The translations under genes and the position numbers were made by a program. Below, piece by piece: positions 9,942-18,474 of a stretch of DNA of 64,000 nucleotides. The stretch covers positions 32,001 to 96,000 of the forward strand of contig JASFQK010000016.1 of the NCBI GenBank assembly GCA_050115495.1, written 5' to 3'. Origin of the DNA: Phycisphaerae bacterium. Lineage in GTDB: Bacteria > Planctomycetota > Phycisphaerae > UBA1845 > Fen-1342. Every line of letters starts with the position of its first letter. The first letter of the stretch is position 1. The notes beneath the pieces were generated by a model, which did not search any database, had not been told where the DNA came from, and was given only the letters and a program-made list of their open reading frames with translations.

Positions 9942-10403
9942 ATGCTGGCGCTGACGAAAAAATCGGAATACGCGCTGGTGGCTGCGTGCCACATGGCCCG
10001 GCTGGGTGAGCGCGTCGTGAGCGCCCGCGAGATCGCCGAGCAGCAGGATGTTCCGCTACCGCTGCTAATGAATGTCCTGAAGAAGCTGAACCAGGCCGGG
10101 CAGATTCGGTCTGTGCGCGGGGCCCGGGGCGGCTACAGCCTGTGTGTGCCGCCGGCGGAGCTGTCGCTGGCGGCTATTATCGAGGCGGTGGAAGGCCCGG
10201 TGCACCTGGTGAGCTGCGTCGCCGGCGCGAGCAACGCGCGGCGTGTATGCCCGCGGATGGCCAAGTGCGCCCTGCGGCGGCCGGTGCGGAAGATCCACGA
10301 TCGGCTGATGGAATTCCTGATGAACGTCACCGTGGCAGACCTGGCGTTTGACGCGGATTACGGTGAACGCCGCGGCGCGGGTGAGAAGGCGATGGCACAA
10401 TGA
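9942..10403 (+). CDS. iscR: Rrf2-family regulator, IscR-like
   Basis: [17 protein letters not shown], three C-terminal Cys plus His; first gene of the isc operon. Confidence 0.8.
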   Translation: MLALTKKSEYALVAACHMARLGERVVSAREIAEQQDVPLPLLMNVLKKLNQAGQIRSVRGARGGYSLCVPPAELSLAAIIEAVEGPVHLVSCVAGASNARRVCPRMAKCALRRPVRKIHDRLMEFLMNVTVADLAFDADYGERRGAGEKAMAQ

Positions 10404-11611
10404 GAAGAGTGTACCTGGACAACAACGCCACGACGGCCGTGGACCCCCACGTGCTGGAGGTGATGTTGCCCTATTTCTGTGAGAAGTTCGGGAACGCGGC
10501 TTCGCGCAGCCACAGCTTCGGGTGGGAGGCGGAGGAGGCGGTCAGCCGCGGCCGTGAGCAGATTGCCGACGTGATCGGGGCCGACGCGAAGGAGATCATC
10601 TTCACGAGCGGGGCCACCGAGGGGAACAACATCGCCCTGAAGGGTGTGGCGGCGATGTACGGCGAGCGCGGCAAGCACATCATCACGCAGGTCACCGAGC
10701 ACAAGGCGGTGCTGGACCCGTGCGGCTGGCTCGAACAGCACGGTTTCCGCGTCACGTACCTGCCGGTGGACAAGGAAGGGCGGATCGATCTCAACCAACT
10801 GGCCGACGCCATGGCGGAGGACACGATCCTCGTCTCGATCATGCACGGGAACAACGAGATCGGTACCGTGCAGCCGATCGGCGAGATCGGCCGGATGTGC
10901 AAGGAGCGGGGCATCCTGTTCCACACGGATACGTGCCAGACGTTCGGCAAGCTGCCGATCGACGTCCAGGCCATGGGTATCGACCTGCTGACGTGCAGCG
11001 CCCACAAGATTCACGGGCCGAAGGGCATCGGGGCGCTCTACGTGCGGCGGAGGAATCCGCGGGTTCGCTGCGAGGCGGTGCTGCACGGCGGCGGCCACGA
11101 GCGGGGCATGCGCTCCGGTACGCTGAACGTGCCGGGGATTGTCGGCCTGGGCGAGGCGGCGGTGCTGTGTAAGCAGCATATGGATACGGAACCGGCGCAG
11201 ATGGCGGCGTTGCGGGACCGGTTACGGGACGGGCTGCTGAAGGAACTGGATGCCGTCCAGGTCAACGGCCACCTGACCGAGCGCACGCCGAGCAACCTGA
11301 ATATCTCCTTCGCCTACGTCGAAGGCGAGAGCATGATGATGGGGGTCAATGAGATCGCGGTGTCGAGCGGGTCGGCGTGCACGAGTGCGTCGCTGGAGCC
11401 GAGCTACGTGCTGCGGGCGCTGGGCGTGGGGGACGACCTGGCCCACAGCAGCATCCGGTTCTCGCTGGGGCGCTTCAACACGCAGGAAGAGATCGACTAC
11501 ACGATCGAGCGGGTCGTCGGCGAGGTTCGCCGGCTGCGAGCGATGAGTCCGCTGTACGAAATGGCCCGCGAGGGGGTGGATCTATCCAAGGTACAATGGG
11601 CCGGACATTAG
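10400..11611 (+). CDS. iscS: Cysteine desulfurase
   Basis: [53 protein letters not shown]. Confidence 0.97.
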   Translation: MRRVYLDNNATTAVDPHVLEVMLPYFCEKFGNAASRSHSFGWEAEEAVSRGREQIADVIGADAKEIIFTSGATEGNNIALKGVAAMYGERGKHIITQVTEHKAVLDPCGWLEQHGFRVTYLPVDKEGRIDLNQLADAMAEDTILVSIMHGNNEIGTVQPIGEIGRMCKERGILFHTDTCQTFGKLPIDVQAMGIDLLTCSAHKIHGPKGIGALYVRRRNPRVRCEAVLHGGGHERGMRSGTLNVPGIVGLGEAAVLCKQHMDTEPAQMAALRDRLRDGLLKELDAVQVNGHLTERTPSNLNISFAYVEGESMMMGVNEIAVSSGSACTSASLEPSYVLRALGVGDDLAHSSIRFSLGRFNTQEEIDYTIERVVGEVRRLRAMSPLYEMAREGVDLSKVQWAGH

Positions 11612-11651
11612 CGGCATCGCCGGGAGCGGCGCGGGCCGCAGGAGTACGTTG

Positions 11652-12059
11652 ATGGCTTACAGTGAGAAGATCATCGACCACTACCGGAATCCGCGGAACG
11701 TCGGTTCGCTGGATCGGTCCGACGCCAACGTGGGTACGGGCATCGTCGGGGCGCCCGAGTGCGGCGACGTGATGAAGCTCCAGATCCAGGTCGATGAGAA
11801 CAACAACATCGTGGACGCCAAGTTCAAGACGTTCGGCTGCGGGTCGGCGATCGCTTCGAGCTCGCTGGCGACGGAGTGGTTGAAGGGGCGGTCGCTGGAC
11901 GAGGCGATGGAGATCAAGAATACGGACATCGTGCGGGAGCTGGCGCTGCCGCCGGTGAAGATCCATTGCAGCGTGCTGGCCGAGGACGCGATTCGGGCGG
12001 CCGTCGAGGATCTGAAGAGCAAGAAGAGCGGTGAAACCAGCAAGGCCAAGGCCGGTTAA
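11652..12059 (+). CDS. iscU: Fe-S scaffold protein
   Basis: GAPECGDVM, KTFGCGSAIASSS, LPPVKIHCS (LPPVK is the HscA recognition motif). Confidence 0.97.
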   Translation: MAYSEKIIDHYRNPRNVGSLDRSDANVGTGIVGAPECGDVMKLQIQVDENNNIVDAKFKTFGCGSAIASSSLATEWLKGRSLDEAMEIKNTDIVRELALPPVKIHCSVLAEDAIRAAVEDLKSKKSGETSKAKAG

Positions 12060-12087
12060 GTCGTGGCCCGAGAGGAGTAGGACGTTC

Positions 12088-12504
12088 ATGAACGATGCGC
12101 AGCAGCAAGCCGCCGGCTCGTCCGCCCGGCAACGAGCGCAGTCGCCGGCGGAGGGGCAGGGGATCCGGTTGACGGAGAAGGCCGCCGGTCAGATCCGGGC
12201 TATTCTCGACAAGGAGAGCCTGCCGGAGACGATGTACCTGTACGTCGGCGTGAAGGGCGGCGGGTGCAGCGGGTTGCAATACGTGCTGGACCTGCGTGAC
12301 GAAACCCAGGCGCCGGCTGCCGAGACGGACGAGGTGTTCCTCTCGCAGGACATCATGATCGTCTGTGACCTGAAGAGCTTCGTGGCCGGCAACCTGGCCG
12401 GGACGACGATCGACTATCAGGACGGTCTGATGGGCGCCGGCTTCATCTTCAATAACCCCAACGCAAAGCATCAATGCGGCTGCGGGGCGAGCTACTCGGC
12501 CTGA
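12088..12504 (+). CDS. iscA: A-type Fe-S carrier (HesB/IscA)
   Basis: GVKGGGCSGLQY, FNNPNAK..CGCGASY. Confidence 0.92.
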   Translation: MNDAQQQAAGSSARQRAQSPAEGQGIRLTEKAAGQIRAILDKESLPETMYLYVGVKGGGCSGLQYVLDLRDETQAPAAETDEVFLSQDIMIVCDLKSFVAGNLAGTTIDYQDGLMGAGFIFNNPNAKHQCGCGASYSA

Positions 12505-12562
12505 CCGAGCCGGCTGGATCGGCGTCGGCGCTGGGCCGGACCCCGCAGAGGAAGGGGCAGCA

Positions 12563-13180
12563 ATGTCCACCGAAACGCCGCTCGGACGGAAGGCCATGCC
12601 GGCCAAGTGCCGGAGCTGTAACCGGCCGATGTACAGCCCGCTGTTCTGTGCGGATTGCCGGACGCTGCATCCGGCGGAGGGGGTCGACCATTTTGCGCTG
12701 CTGGGCGTGTCGGCGAGCTACGACCTCGATCCGGCCGAGTTGCGACAGGCGTACCTGCACTGCTCACGCGACATCCACCCGGACCGGCATGGGGAATGTG
12801 CAGCCGATGCGGCCCTGAGCATGCGATCGAGCGCTCGGCTGAACGAGGCGTACCGCGTGCTGAACGATCCGGTGCTGCGGGCGGAATACCTGCTGGAGCT
12901 GGCCGGTGGGGCGTCTTCCGCCGAGGACAAGAGCGTTCCGGAGGGGGTGCTGGCGCAGGTGCTGATTCTCCGCGAGGAGATCGAAGAAGCCCGGGCGGCG
13001 GGCGATGCGGTGACCCTGACGAACTACGTTCGGCAGGTGCACGAGTTGCACGAGGACGCGGTCGGCCGACTGGGTGACCTGGCTCGGCAGCTTCCCGGCA
13101 CGGAAGAGCTGCGCCAGTCGTTGCGGCAGACCTTGAACGCCGTCCGCTATTACCAGAAACTGCTGGAACAGATTCAGTAG
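12563..13180 (+). CDS. hscB: Fe-S co-chaperone HscB with N-terminal tetracysteine motif
   Basis: CRSC..CADC, then J-domain HPD and LNEAYRVLNDPVLRAEYLL. Confidence 0.9.
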   Translation: MSTETPLGRKAMPAKCRSCNRPMYSPLFCADCRTLHPAEGVDHFALLGVSASYDLDPAELRQAYLHCSRDIHPDRHGECAADAALSMRSSARLNEAYRVLNDPVLRAEYLLELAGGASSAEDKSVPEGVLAQVLILREEIEEARAAGDAVTLTNYVRQVHELHEDAVGRLGDLARQLPGTEELRQSLRQTLNAVRYYQKLLEQIQ

Positions 13181-13192
13181 GGCTTCGCCGGT

Positions 13193-15133
13193 ATGAGCGA
13201 CCGTGAGACCATCATCGGCATCGATCTAGGCACGACGTTCTCGCTCGTGGCTTACGCGGACGAGAGCGGTGCGCACGTGCTGCGGGATGAGAACGGCGAG
13301 GGGCGGCTGCCGTCGGTCATCGGCGTGGTTCCAGGGGAGGCCGGCGAGGCGCCGCGGGTGACGGTCGGTTGGCCGGCGCGGGAGCACGCCGTCGAGAACG
13401 CCCGTACGACTGTGTATTCGGTGAAGCGGCTGATCGGCAAGGGGATGGAGGACATCAGTCGGGAGCTGCCGTTCCTGAGCTACGCCGTGCAGGGCGGACC
13501 GCGGGACACGGTGCAGGTCGAGATCGACGGGCGGCGGTACACGCCGGAGGAGATCTCGTCGGTCGTGCTGCGCAATCTGCGGGAGCGGGCGGAGCAGCAG
13601 CTCGGCCGGCCGGTGCGCAAGGCGGTCGTTACGGTGCCGGCGTATTTCGACGATACGCAGCGGCAGGCGACGCGCGACGCCGGGCAGGCGGCGGGACTCG
13701 AAGTCGTTCGCATCGTCAACGAGCCGACGGCGGCGGCGCTCGCTTATGGGCTGGGGTTGCGGGGGCAGGCGGAGGAAGCTCCGCCGGCGCGGCCGACGGG
13801 TTCGTTCGCGTTGCCGACGGCGCAGTGTCCGTCGGGGGCCGATCGGCAGGGCGGCCGTGGCGGGGCCGGGCAGACCGTAGCCATCTACGACCTCGGTGGC
13901 GGGACGTTCGATGTATCGATCCTGCACATCGAGGAGGGGGTCTACCAGGTGCTGAGCACCGCCGGCGATACACATCTCGGCGGCGACGATTTCGACCGGG
14001 CCATCATCACGCTGGTGACGCATGAGGTGGCCGAGCAGTTCGGCGTGTCGATCGCTTCGCCGGCGGCCAAGCAGGCGCTGCGGAGTATGGCCGAAGCGGT
14101 GAAGATTCGGCTGGGCACGCAGGATCAGGCGGGGATCGAGCTCGATCTCGGTGAGGGACGCATCTACGAGCGGCGGATTACGCGGGACGAGTTCGAGGGG
14201 CTCGTGGGCGAACTCGTCGAGCGGACGCTGACGTTGTGCGCCCGGGCGCTGGCGGACGCCGGTCTGGGGGTGGGAGATCTGGATCGCGTCATTCTGGTGG
14301 GCGGGTCGACGCGGATGCCGCTGGTTCGCCGGCGCGTGGCGGAGCGTTTCGGCTGCGAGCCGTATACGGCGCTGAATCCGGACGAGGTCGTCGCGGTCGG
14401 GGCGGCGATTCAGGCGTCGATTTTGTCGGGGGCACATCCGGACATGCTGCTGCTCGACGTGATCCCGCTGTCGCTCGGTATCGAGACGATGGGCGGGGCG
14501 GTCGGCAAGCTCATCCTGCGGAACACGACGGTGCCCTGCCGGGCGACGGAGATGTTCACGACGTTCGTCGACGGGCAGACGGCGATCAAGCTGAACGTGC
14601 TCCAGGGCGAGCGCGAACTGGCCCGCGATTGCCGCAGTCTCGGCGAGTTCGAGCTGCGCGATCTGCCGCCGATGCCCGCCGGCATGCCCAAGGTGGAGGT
14701 CGAGTTTCTGGTCGATGCGAACGGTATTCTCGACGTGTCGGCGACGGAGCAGCGCAGCGGCCGCCGGGCGAGCATTCAAATCATGCCGAACCGCGGGCTG
14801 ACGCGGGCCGAGGTCGAGCAGATCACGCGGGAGAGCATCACGCATGCCCGCGAAGACATCGACGCTCATCGCCGCATCGACCTGGTGAACCAGGTGGCGT
14901 TCGATACGGCGAAGACGGAGCAGATGCTGGTGGCGGTGGGGGAGCGGCTCGAGCCGGGGGAGCGTCAGCGGATCGAAAAGGACATGGCCGATTTGCGGGC
15001 GCTGGCGCAGCAGGATTGCGATCTTGACGCGCTGCACGAGGCGTTGAGCGCGTTCGGCCGCAGCACGCTGCGTCTGGCCGAATTGGGCATTCGCGAAGCA
15101 CTGGTTCGGCCGGACAAGCCGGCGGCCGGCTAA
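13193..15133 (+). CDS. hscA: Fe-S chaperone HscA (Hsp70)
   Basis: GIDLGTT, TVPAYFDD.QRQAT, NEPTAAALAYG, DLGGGTFDVS, LLDVIPLSLGIETMGG; lies between hscB and fdx. Confidence 0.9.
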   Translation: MSDRETIIGIDLGTTFSLVAYADESGAHVLRDENGEGRLPSVIGVVPGEAGEAPRVTVGWPAREHAVENARTTVYSVKRLIGKGMEDISRELPFLSYAVQGGPRDTVQVEIDGRRYTPEEISSVVLRNLRERAEQQLGRPVRKAVVTVPAYFDDTQRQATRDAGQAAGLEVVRIVNEPTAAALAYGLGLRGQAEEAPPARPTGSFALPTAQCPSGADRQGGRGGAGQTVAIYDLGGGTFDVSILHIEEGVYQVLSTAGDTHLGGDDFDRAIITLVTHEVAEQFGVSIASPAAKQALRSMAEAVKIRLGTQDQAGIELDLGEGRIYERRITRDEFEGLVGELVERTLTLCARALADAGLGVGDLDRVILVGGSTRMPLVRRRVAERFGCEPYTALNPDEVVAVGAAIQASILSGAHPDMLLLDVIPLSLGIETMGGAVGKLILRNTTVPCRATEMFTTFVDGQTAIKLNVLQGERELARDCRSLGEFELRDLPPMPAGMPKVEVEFLVDANGILDVSATEQRSGRRASIQIMPNRGLTRAEVEQITRESITHAREDIDAHRRIDLVNQVAFDTAKTEQMLVAVGERLEPGERQRIEKDMADLRALAQQDCDLDALHEALSAFGRSTLRLAELGIREALVRPDKPAAG

Positions 15134-15144
15134 GGAGATACGTA

Positions 15145-15561
15145 GTGGGCGGACGTAATCCATACATCGACCAGCCCGACGCGCCGCTGCCGACGAAGAA
15201 GTACACGATCACATTCATTGATGAAGAGCAGCAGCGGCACGTGGTCGAGGTCGATCCGGCCAATCCGCCGGCGAAGGTGACGGGTCGGCCGGGGAGCATC
15301 TTGTCGATCGCGCTCGCCCAGGGCGTCGAGCTGGATCATGCGTGTGGCGGGGTTTGCGCGTGTGCAACATGCCACGTGGTCGTGCGGGAGGGGTACGATT
15401 CGTGCAGCGAGCCGACGGACGCCGAAGAGGACCAGCTTGACGAGGCGTACGGTCTGACGGCGCAGTCGCGGTTGGCGTGCCAGTGTGTGCCGAACGGGGA
15501 GGAGGATTTGGTGGTGGAGGTGCCGAGCTGGAATCGGAATAAGGTGCGGGAGGAGCATTGA
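15145..15561 (+). CDS. fdx: ISC-type [2Fe-2S] ferredoxin
   Basis: HACGGVCACATCH...SRLACQ; AGGAG SD upstream of GTG. Confidence 0.92.
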   Translation: MGGRNPYIDQPDAPLPTKKYTITFIDEEQQRHVVEVDPANPPAKVTGRPGSILSIALAQGVELDHACGGVCACATCHVVVREGYDSCSEPTDAEEDQLDEAYGLTAQSRLACQCVPNGEEDLVVEVPSWNRNKVREEH

Positions 15562-15610
15562 GGGGGGGAGGGGGGAGCCGTCAGCCGTCAGGTACGGGCC
15601 GTGAGCCGGA

Positions 15611-15873
15611 GTGTGGCATGCTGAAGCCTCTGGCGCCGGCATGTCTTTTTCTCGCGTCGGGGACTACATGCCGGCGCTGCGCTTCGGCATGCCACACTTC
15701 TGTCGATCATCGGTGGATGCTGGCACTGGTGGGCAAGCCACCGGTGGCACCCGGCGATGTAGCGGCCGACCTCCGTGTCGGACGTCGTTGGGCAACGCGT
15801 GTTTCGATCGGCGGTTGACGGATGGTTGGTTCAGCGCGCTTCGAAGCACACTGCTCAAGAGCAGTGGCACACC
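15611..15873. repeat. Cluster of REP-like palindromes
   Basis: GTGGCATGC..GCATGCCAC (15613-15694); GGCACTGGTGG..CCACCGGTGGCACC (15722-15751); GTAG type B (15759-15786); CACTGCTCAAGAGCAGTGGCACACC (15849-15873), the exact reverse complement of 43607-43631. Confidence 0.8.
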
Positions 15874-15903
15874 GGGAGATCACTCCGGGGGCGGGTTGGG
15901 CGC

Positions 15904-15946
15904 AAAAAAGCGGCCCGCCGGGGATAATGCCGGCGGGCCTTTTTTC
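15904..15946. terminator. Bidirectional intrinsic terminator
   Basis: AAAAAA gc GGCCCGCCGG-8nt-CCGGCGGGCC TTTTTT. Confidence 0.85.
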
Positions 15947-16205
15947 TGGGGGCTGCCACTACGCAGCCACGTTCGCTGCGCTAGGGCAGCCACCGTTTAT
16001 CACTAGGCACTGGACCACCTCCTTTCGGAAAGGGCAACCTACGGCCTTCGCGGTCCAATAGCGACAGGCCGCTAAGCCCCGTCCGCCGGCCGTCGCCCGC
16101 GGACACAACGCGCGATGAACATCGCATCGCTCGGCCGGGCCTCCGTCACGTCCGCATCCCTCGCCCGTTGTTTGAGAGATGTCGGGGGGCGTACGGTGGC
16201 CCTGC
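15905..16205 (-). ncRNA. Candidate structured small RNA or micro-ORF transcript
   Basis: Bounded by a sigma70-like promoter and a terminator; contains several hairpins and GAAAGGAGGTGGTCCAG followed by a GTG-started 9-aa ORF. Confidence 0.45.
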
Positions 16206-16211
16206 ACTATA

Positions 16212-16240
16212 AGTGTAGCCCGTTCAGCGTGTCCCGGCAA
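16212..16240 (-). promoter_or_regulatory. sigma70-like promoter
   Basis: Minus strand reads TTGCCG-17bp-TACACT. Confidence 0.55.
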
Positions 16241-16334
16241 AAGAAAAGCGCGCCGGTCCCCCAAACGGCGCAATAATTGCTCGTTTCGGTCCTCGAACGT
16301 CCGCTTCAGTTCCGGCAGTCGGCGTCGCCCGCCG

Positions 16335-18245
16335 CTACTGCACGCCGTGCATCATCCGTTTCAGCGGTCGGATCAGCAGCGCCATCAACGCCGCCCCCAC
16401 GCCGCACATCACGACGAACATCAGGAAGTAGTTCGTCGGCGGCATCTGACCCCACCACGCTCCGAATACCTGGGCAAGCTTCTCGGCGATCGCCGTCGCC
16501 AGGAACCACCCACCCATGAAGAGGCCCACGTGCTTGGCCGGCGCCAGCTTCGTTACCAGCGACAGACCCACCGGGGACAGGCAGAGCTCGCCCATCGTCA
16601 GCACCATGAAGAACAGAATCAGCCACCACACGCTCACCCGGAACGTGGCTGAGGTCAGATACACGTAGTCCACCGCAGCCTTGAACGCCGGCTCGGCGGC
16701 CGCCGCCAGGAACTCGGTGCGGGCTCGCTCCTTCACTTCCGACAGGGCGGTCAGCGTCTTCGTCGCCGGATCCCACCGCAACACCGTCTTCCGGTTCTGC
16801 CCCTCGCCTTCCTCGATCTCGAGCACGCCTTCGGTTGCCGGCCCGTCCTCGAGCTGTATCGTCGGCGACTCGTTCGCGAAGGCGTCCTTCTCCGCTGTAC
16901 GCTCTGCGAATGCCTTCACCGCCTCGATGACCTCGGGCGGCGCGGTCTCCGCCAGCAGCCGGAACCGGTCGAGGTCGGTGAGCACGCCGTGCATGGTCAA
17001 CTGGTGCTGCTTCGCGTCGTACCGCAGACGTTTGGCTCCGTAGTACGTGCGCTTCTCCTGCTCTGCGGTGTACACGTGACCGTCGTCATCTACCGCCAGG
17101 CTGTCGGGCAGCGCCGACAGGGCGGCACTGCTCGCCCCGTTTTCCAGGTGCGCCGCCGGCCACATCACGCCGAACGCCACCGCCACCAGCGCCAGCCCCA
17201 TCACCATCTTCGTCGGTGTCGACGGCTGCCGCTTCCGCCGGTCCAGCCAGACCCAGAAGAACGCGGCCACGGGTGCCAGCGTGATGATGAAGAACGGGTT
17301 GAACGATTGCGTTTGCCCCGAGGTCATACTCGGGTTTCGGAACCAGCTTCCGATCGCCGCACCCCACCCACCGGCCGCCTGCGTCGTTGTCGCCTCCGCC
17401 TCGCTCAGCGTCACCGGTGGGGGTGTGGTCGATGCCAGTTGCAGATTCGTGTGCTTATCGGCCCACACCAGCATCGCGTTCGGGCTCTGCTCGAACGCTG
17501 TCCAGAACAGGATAATGAACGCGAAGACTACCAGCAGCACGATGATCCGGTCGCGCACCACGTGTGGCGGGTGCACTTCCGTTGGGTGTGCCTCCTCGTT
17601 CAGCTCGGTGTTGCCCAAGTCCTGGTTGAACTCGACCAGTTTGCGCTGTCCGATGATGTACACGATCAGGCCCGCCACCATGCCCACACCGGCGGCCCCG
17701 AACCCGTAGTGATAGCCGTAGTGCACGCGCAACCAGTCGCAGATGAGCGGACCGATCAGTGCCCCCAGGTTGATCCCCATGTAGAAGATGGTGAACGCCC
17801 CATCCCGCCGCGGATCCCCTGGCTTGTACAGGGCACCCACCTGCGTCGACACGTTCGGCTTCAGCAGCCCCACGCCAGCGATGATGAAGCCGAGCGCCGT
17901 ATAGAAGAACGGCAACGGCTCGAAAGCCATCAGGAAGTGCCCGATGGTCAGCAGGATCGCTCCGACCACCACCGCCCGCTTGGCGCCCAACCAGCGGTCG
18001 GCGACGAAGCCGCCCACCACCGGCAGACCGTATGCCAACGCCGCGTACGTCCCCAGCAGTCCCGAGGCGTCCTCCTGCGACCAGAAGAAGTGGTTGATCA
18101 TGTACAGCATCAACAACGTCTTCATACCGTAGAAGCTGAAACGCTCCCACAACTCTGTGAAGAACAGGACGTAGAGGCCGCGGGGATGACCGAAGATCTC
18201 CCCCGACCGCGTGGGAGCGGCGGGGTTGGCCGGTTGGGTGGACAC
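16335..18245 (-). CDS. POT/PTR proton-dependent oligopeptide transporter with inserted soluble domain
   Basis: GHPRGLY, ELWERFSFYG (ExxER), KPNVSTQVG, FYMGINLG, FWTAFEQ, MGELCLSPVGLS; GTG start at 18245. Confidence 0.92.
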   Translation of the reverse strand: MSTQPANPAAPTRSGEIFGHPRGLYVLFFTELWERFSFYGMKTLLMLYMINHFFWSQEDASGLLGTYAALAYGLPVVGGFVADRWLGAKRAVVVGAILLTIGHFLMAFEPLPFFYTALGFIIAGVGLLKPNVSTQVGALYKPGDPRRDGAFTIFYMGINLGALIGPLICDWLRVHYGYHYGFGAAGVGMVAGLIVYIIGQRKLVEFNQDLGNTELNEEAHPTEVHPPHVVRDRIIVLLVVFAFIILFWTAFEQSPNAMLVWADKHTNLQLASTTPPPVTLSEAEATTTQAAGGWGAAIGSWFRNPSMTSGQTQSFNPFFIITLAPVAAFFWVWLDRRKRQPSTPTKMVMGLALVAVAFGVMWPAAHLENGASSAALSALPDSLAVDDDGHVYTAEQEKRTYYGAKRLRYDAKQHQLTMHGVLTDLDRFRLLAETAPPEVIEAVKAFAERTAEKDAFANESPTIQLEDGPATEGVLEIEEGEGQNRKTVLRWDPATKTLTALSEVKERARTEFLAAAAEPAFKAAVDYVYLTSATFRVSVWWLILFFMVLTMGELCLSPVGLSLVTKLAPAKHVGLFMGGWFLATAIAEKLAQVFGAWWGQMPPTNYFLMFVVMCGVGAALMALLIRPLKRMMHGVQ

Positions 18246-18474
18246 GAGTCGATTCTCCCTGGTTCGTACTGTGCCGAACCGGCTCGCGACGAGCCGATCC
18301 TGCCTTGCTGATCCGCTCGGAATCGTGATGTGCGGGCCGGCGGGGCCCGCTTGGTGCGACAGCATACGCGATCGACTGCCCATTGGCCAGCAACCGCGAC
18401 CGGTGCCTCGCTCCCCATTCTGCGGTATAAACGCGGTAGATTTCCTTGGCCCCTGAGCAACCCGGGAGCGATAT

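Noticed and set aside
16010..16026. 16S rRNA gene fragment
   Set aside because: The match covers only 17 nt and the flanks are not rRNA-like.
15947..16080. tmRNA (frame ending VAA*; GGGGCT/AGCCCC ends)
   Set aside because: No T-arm or tRNA-like domain is visible and the segment is too short; kept only as an unknown RNA candidate.
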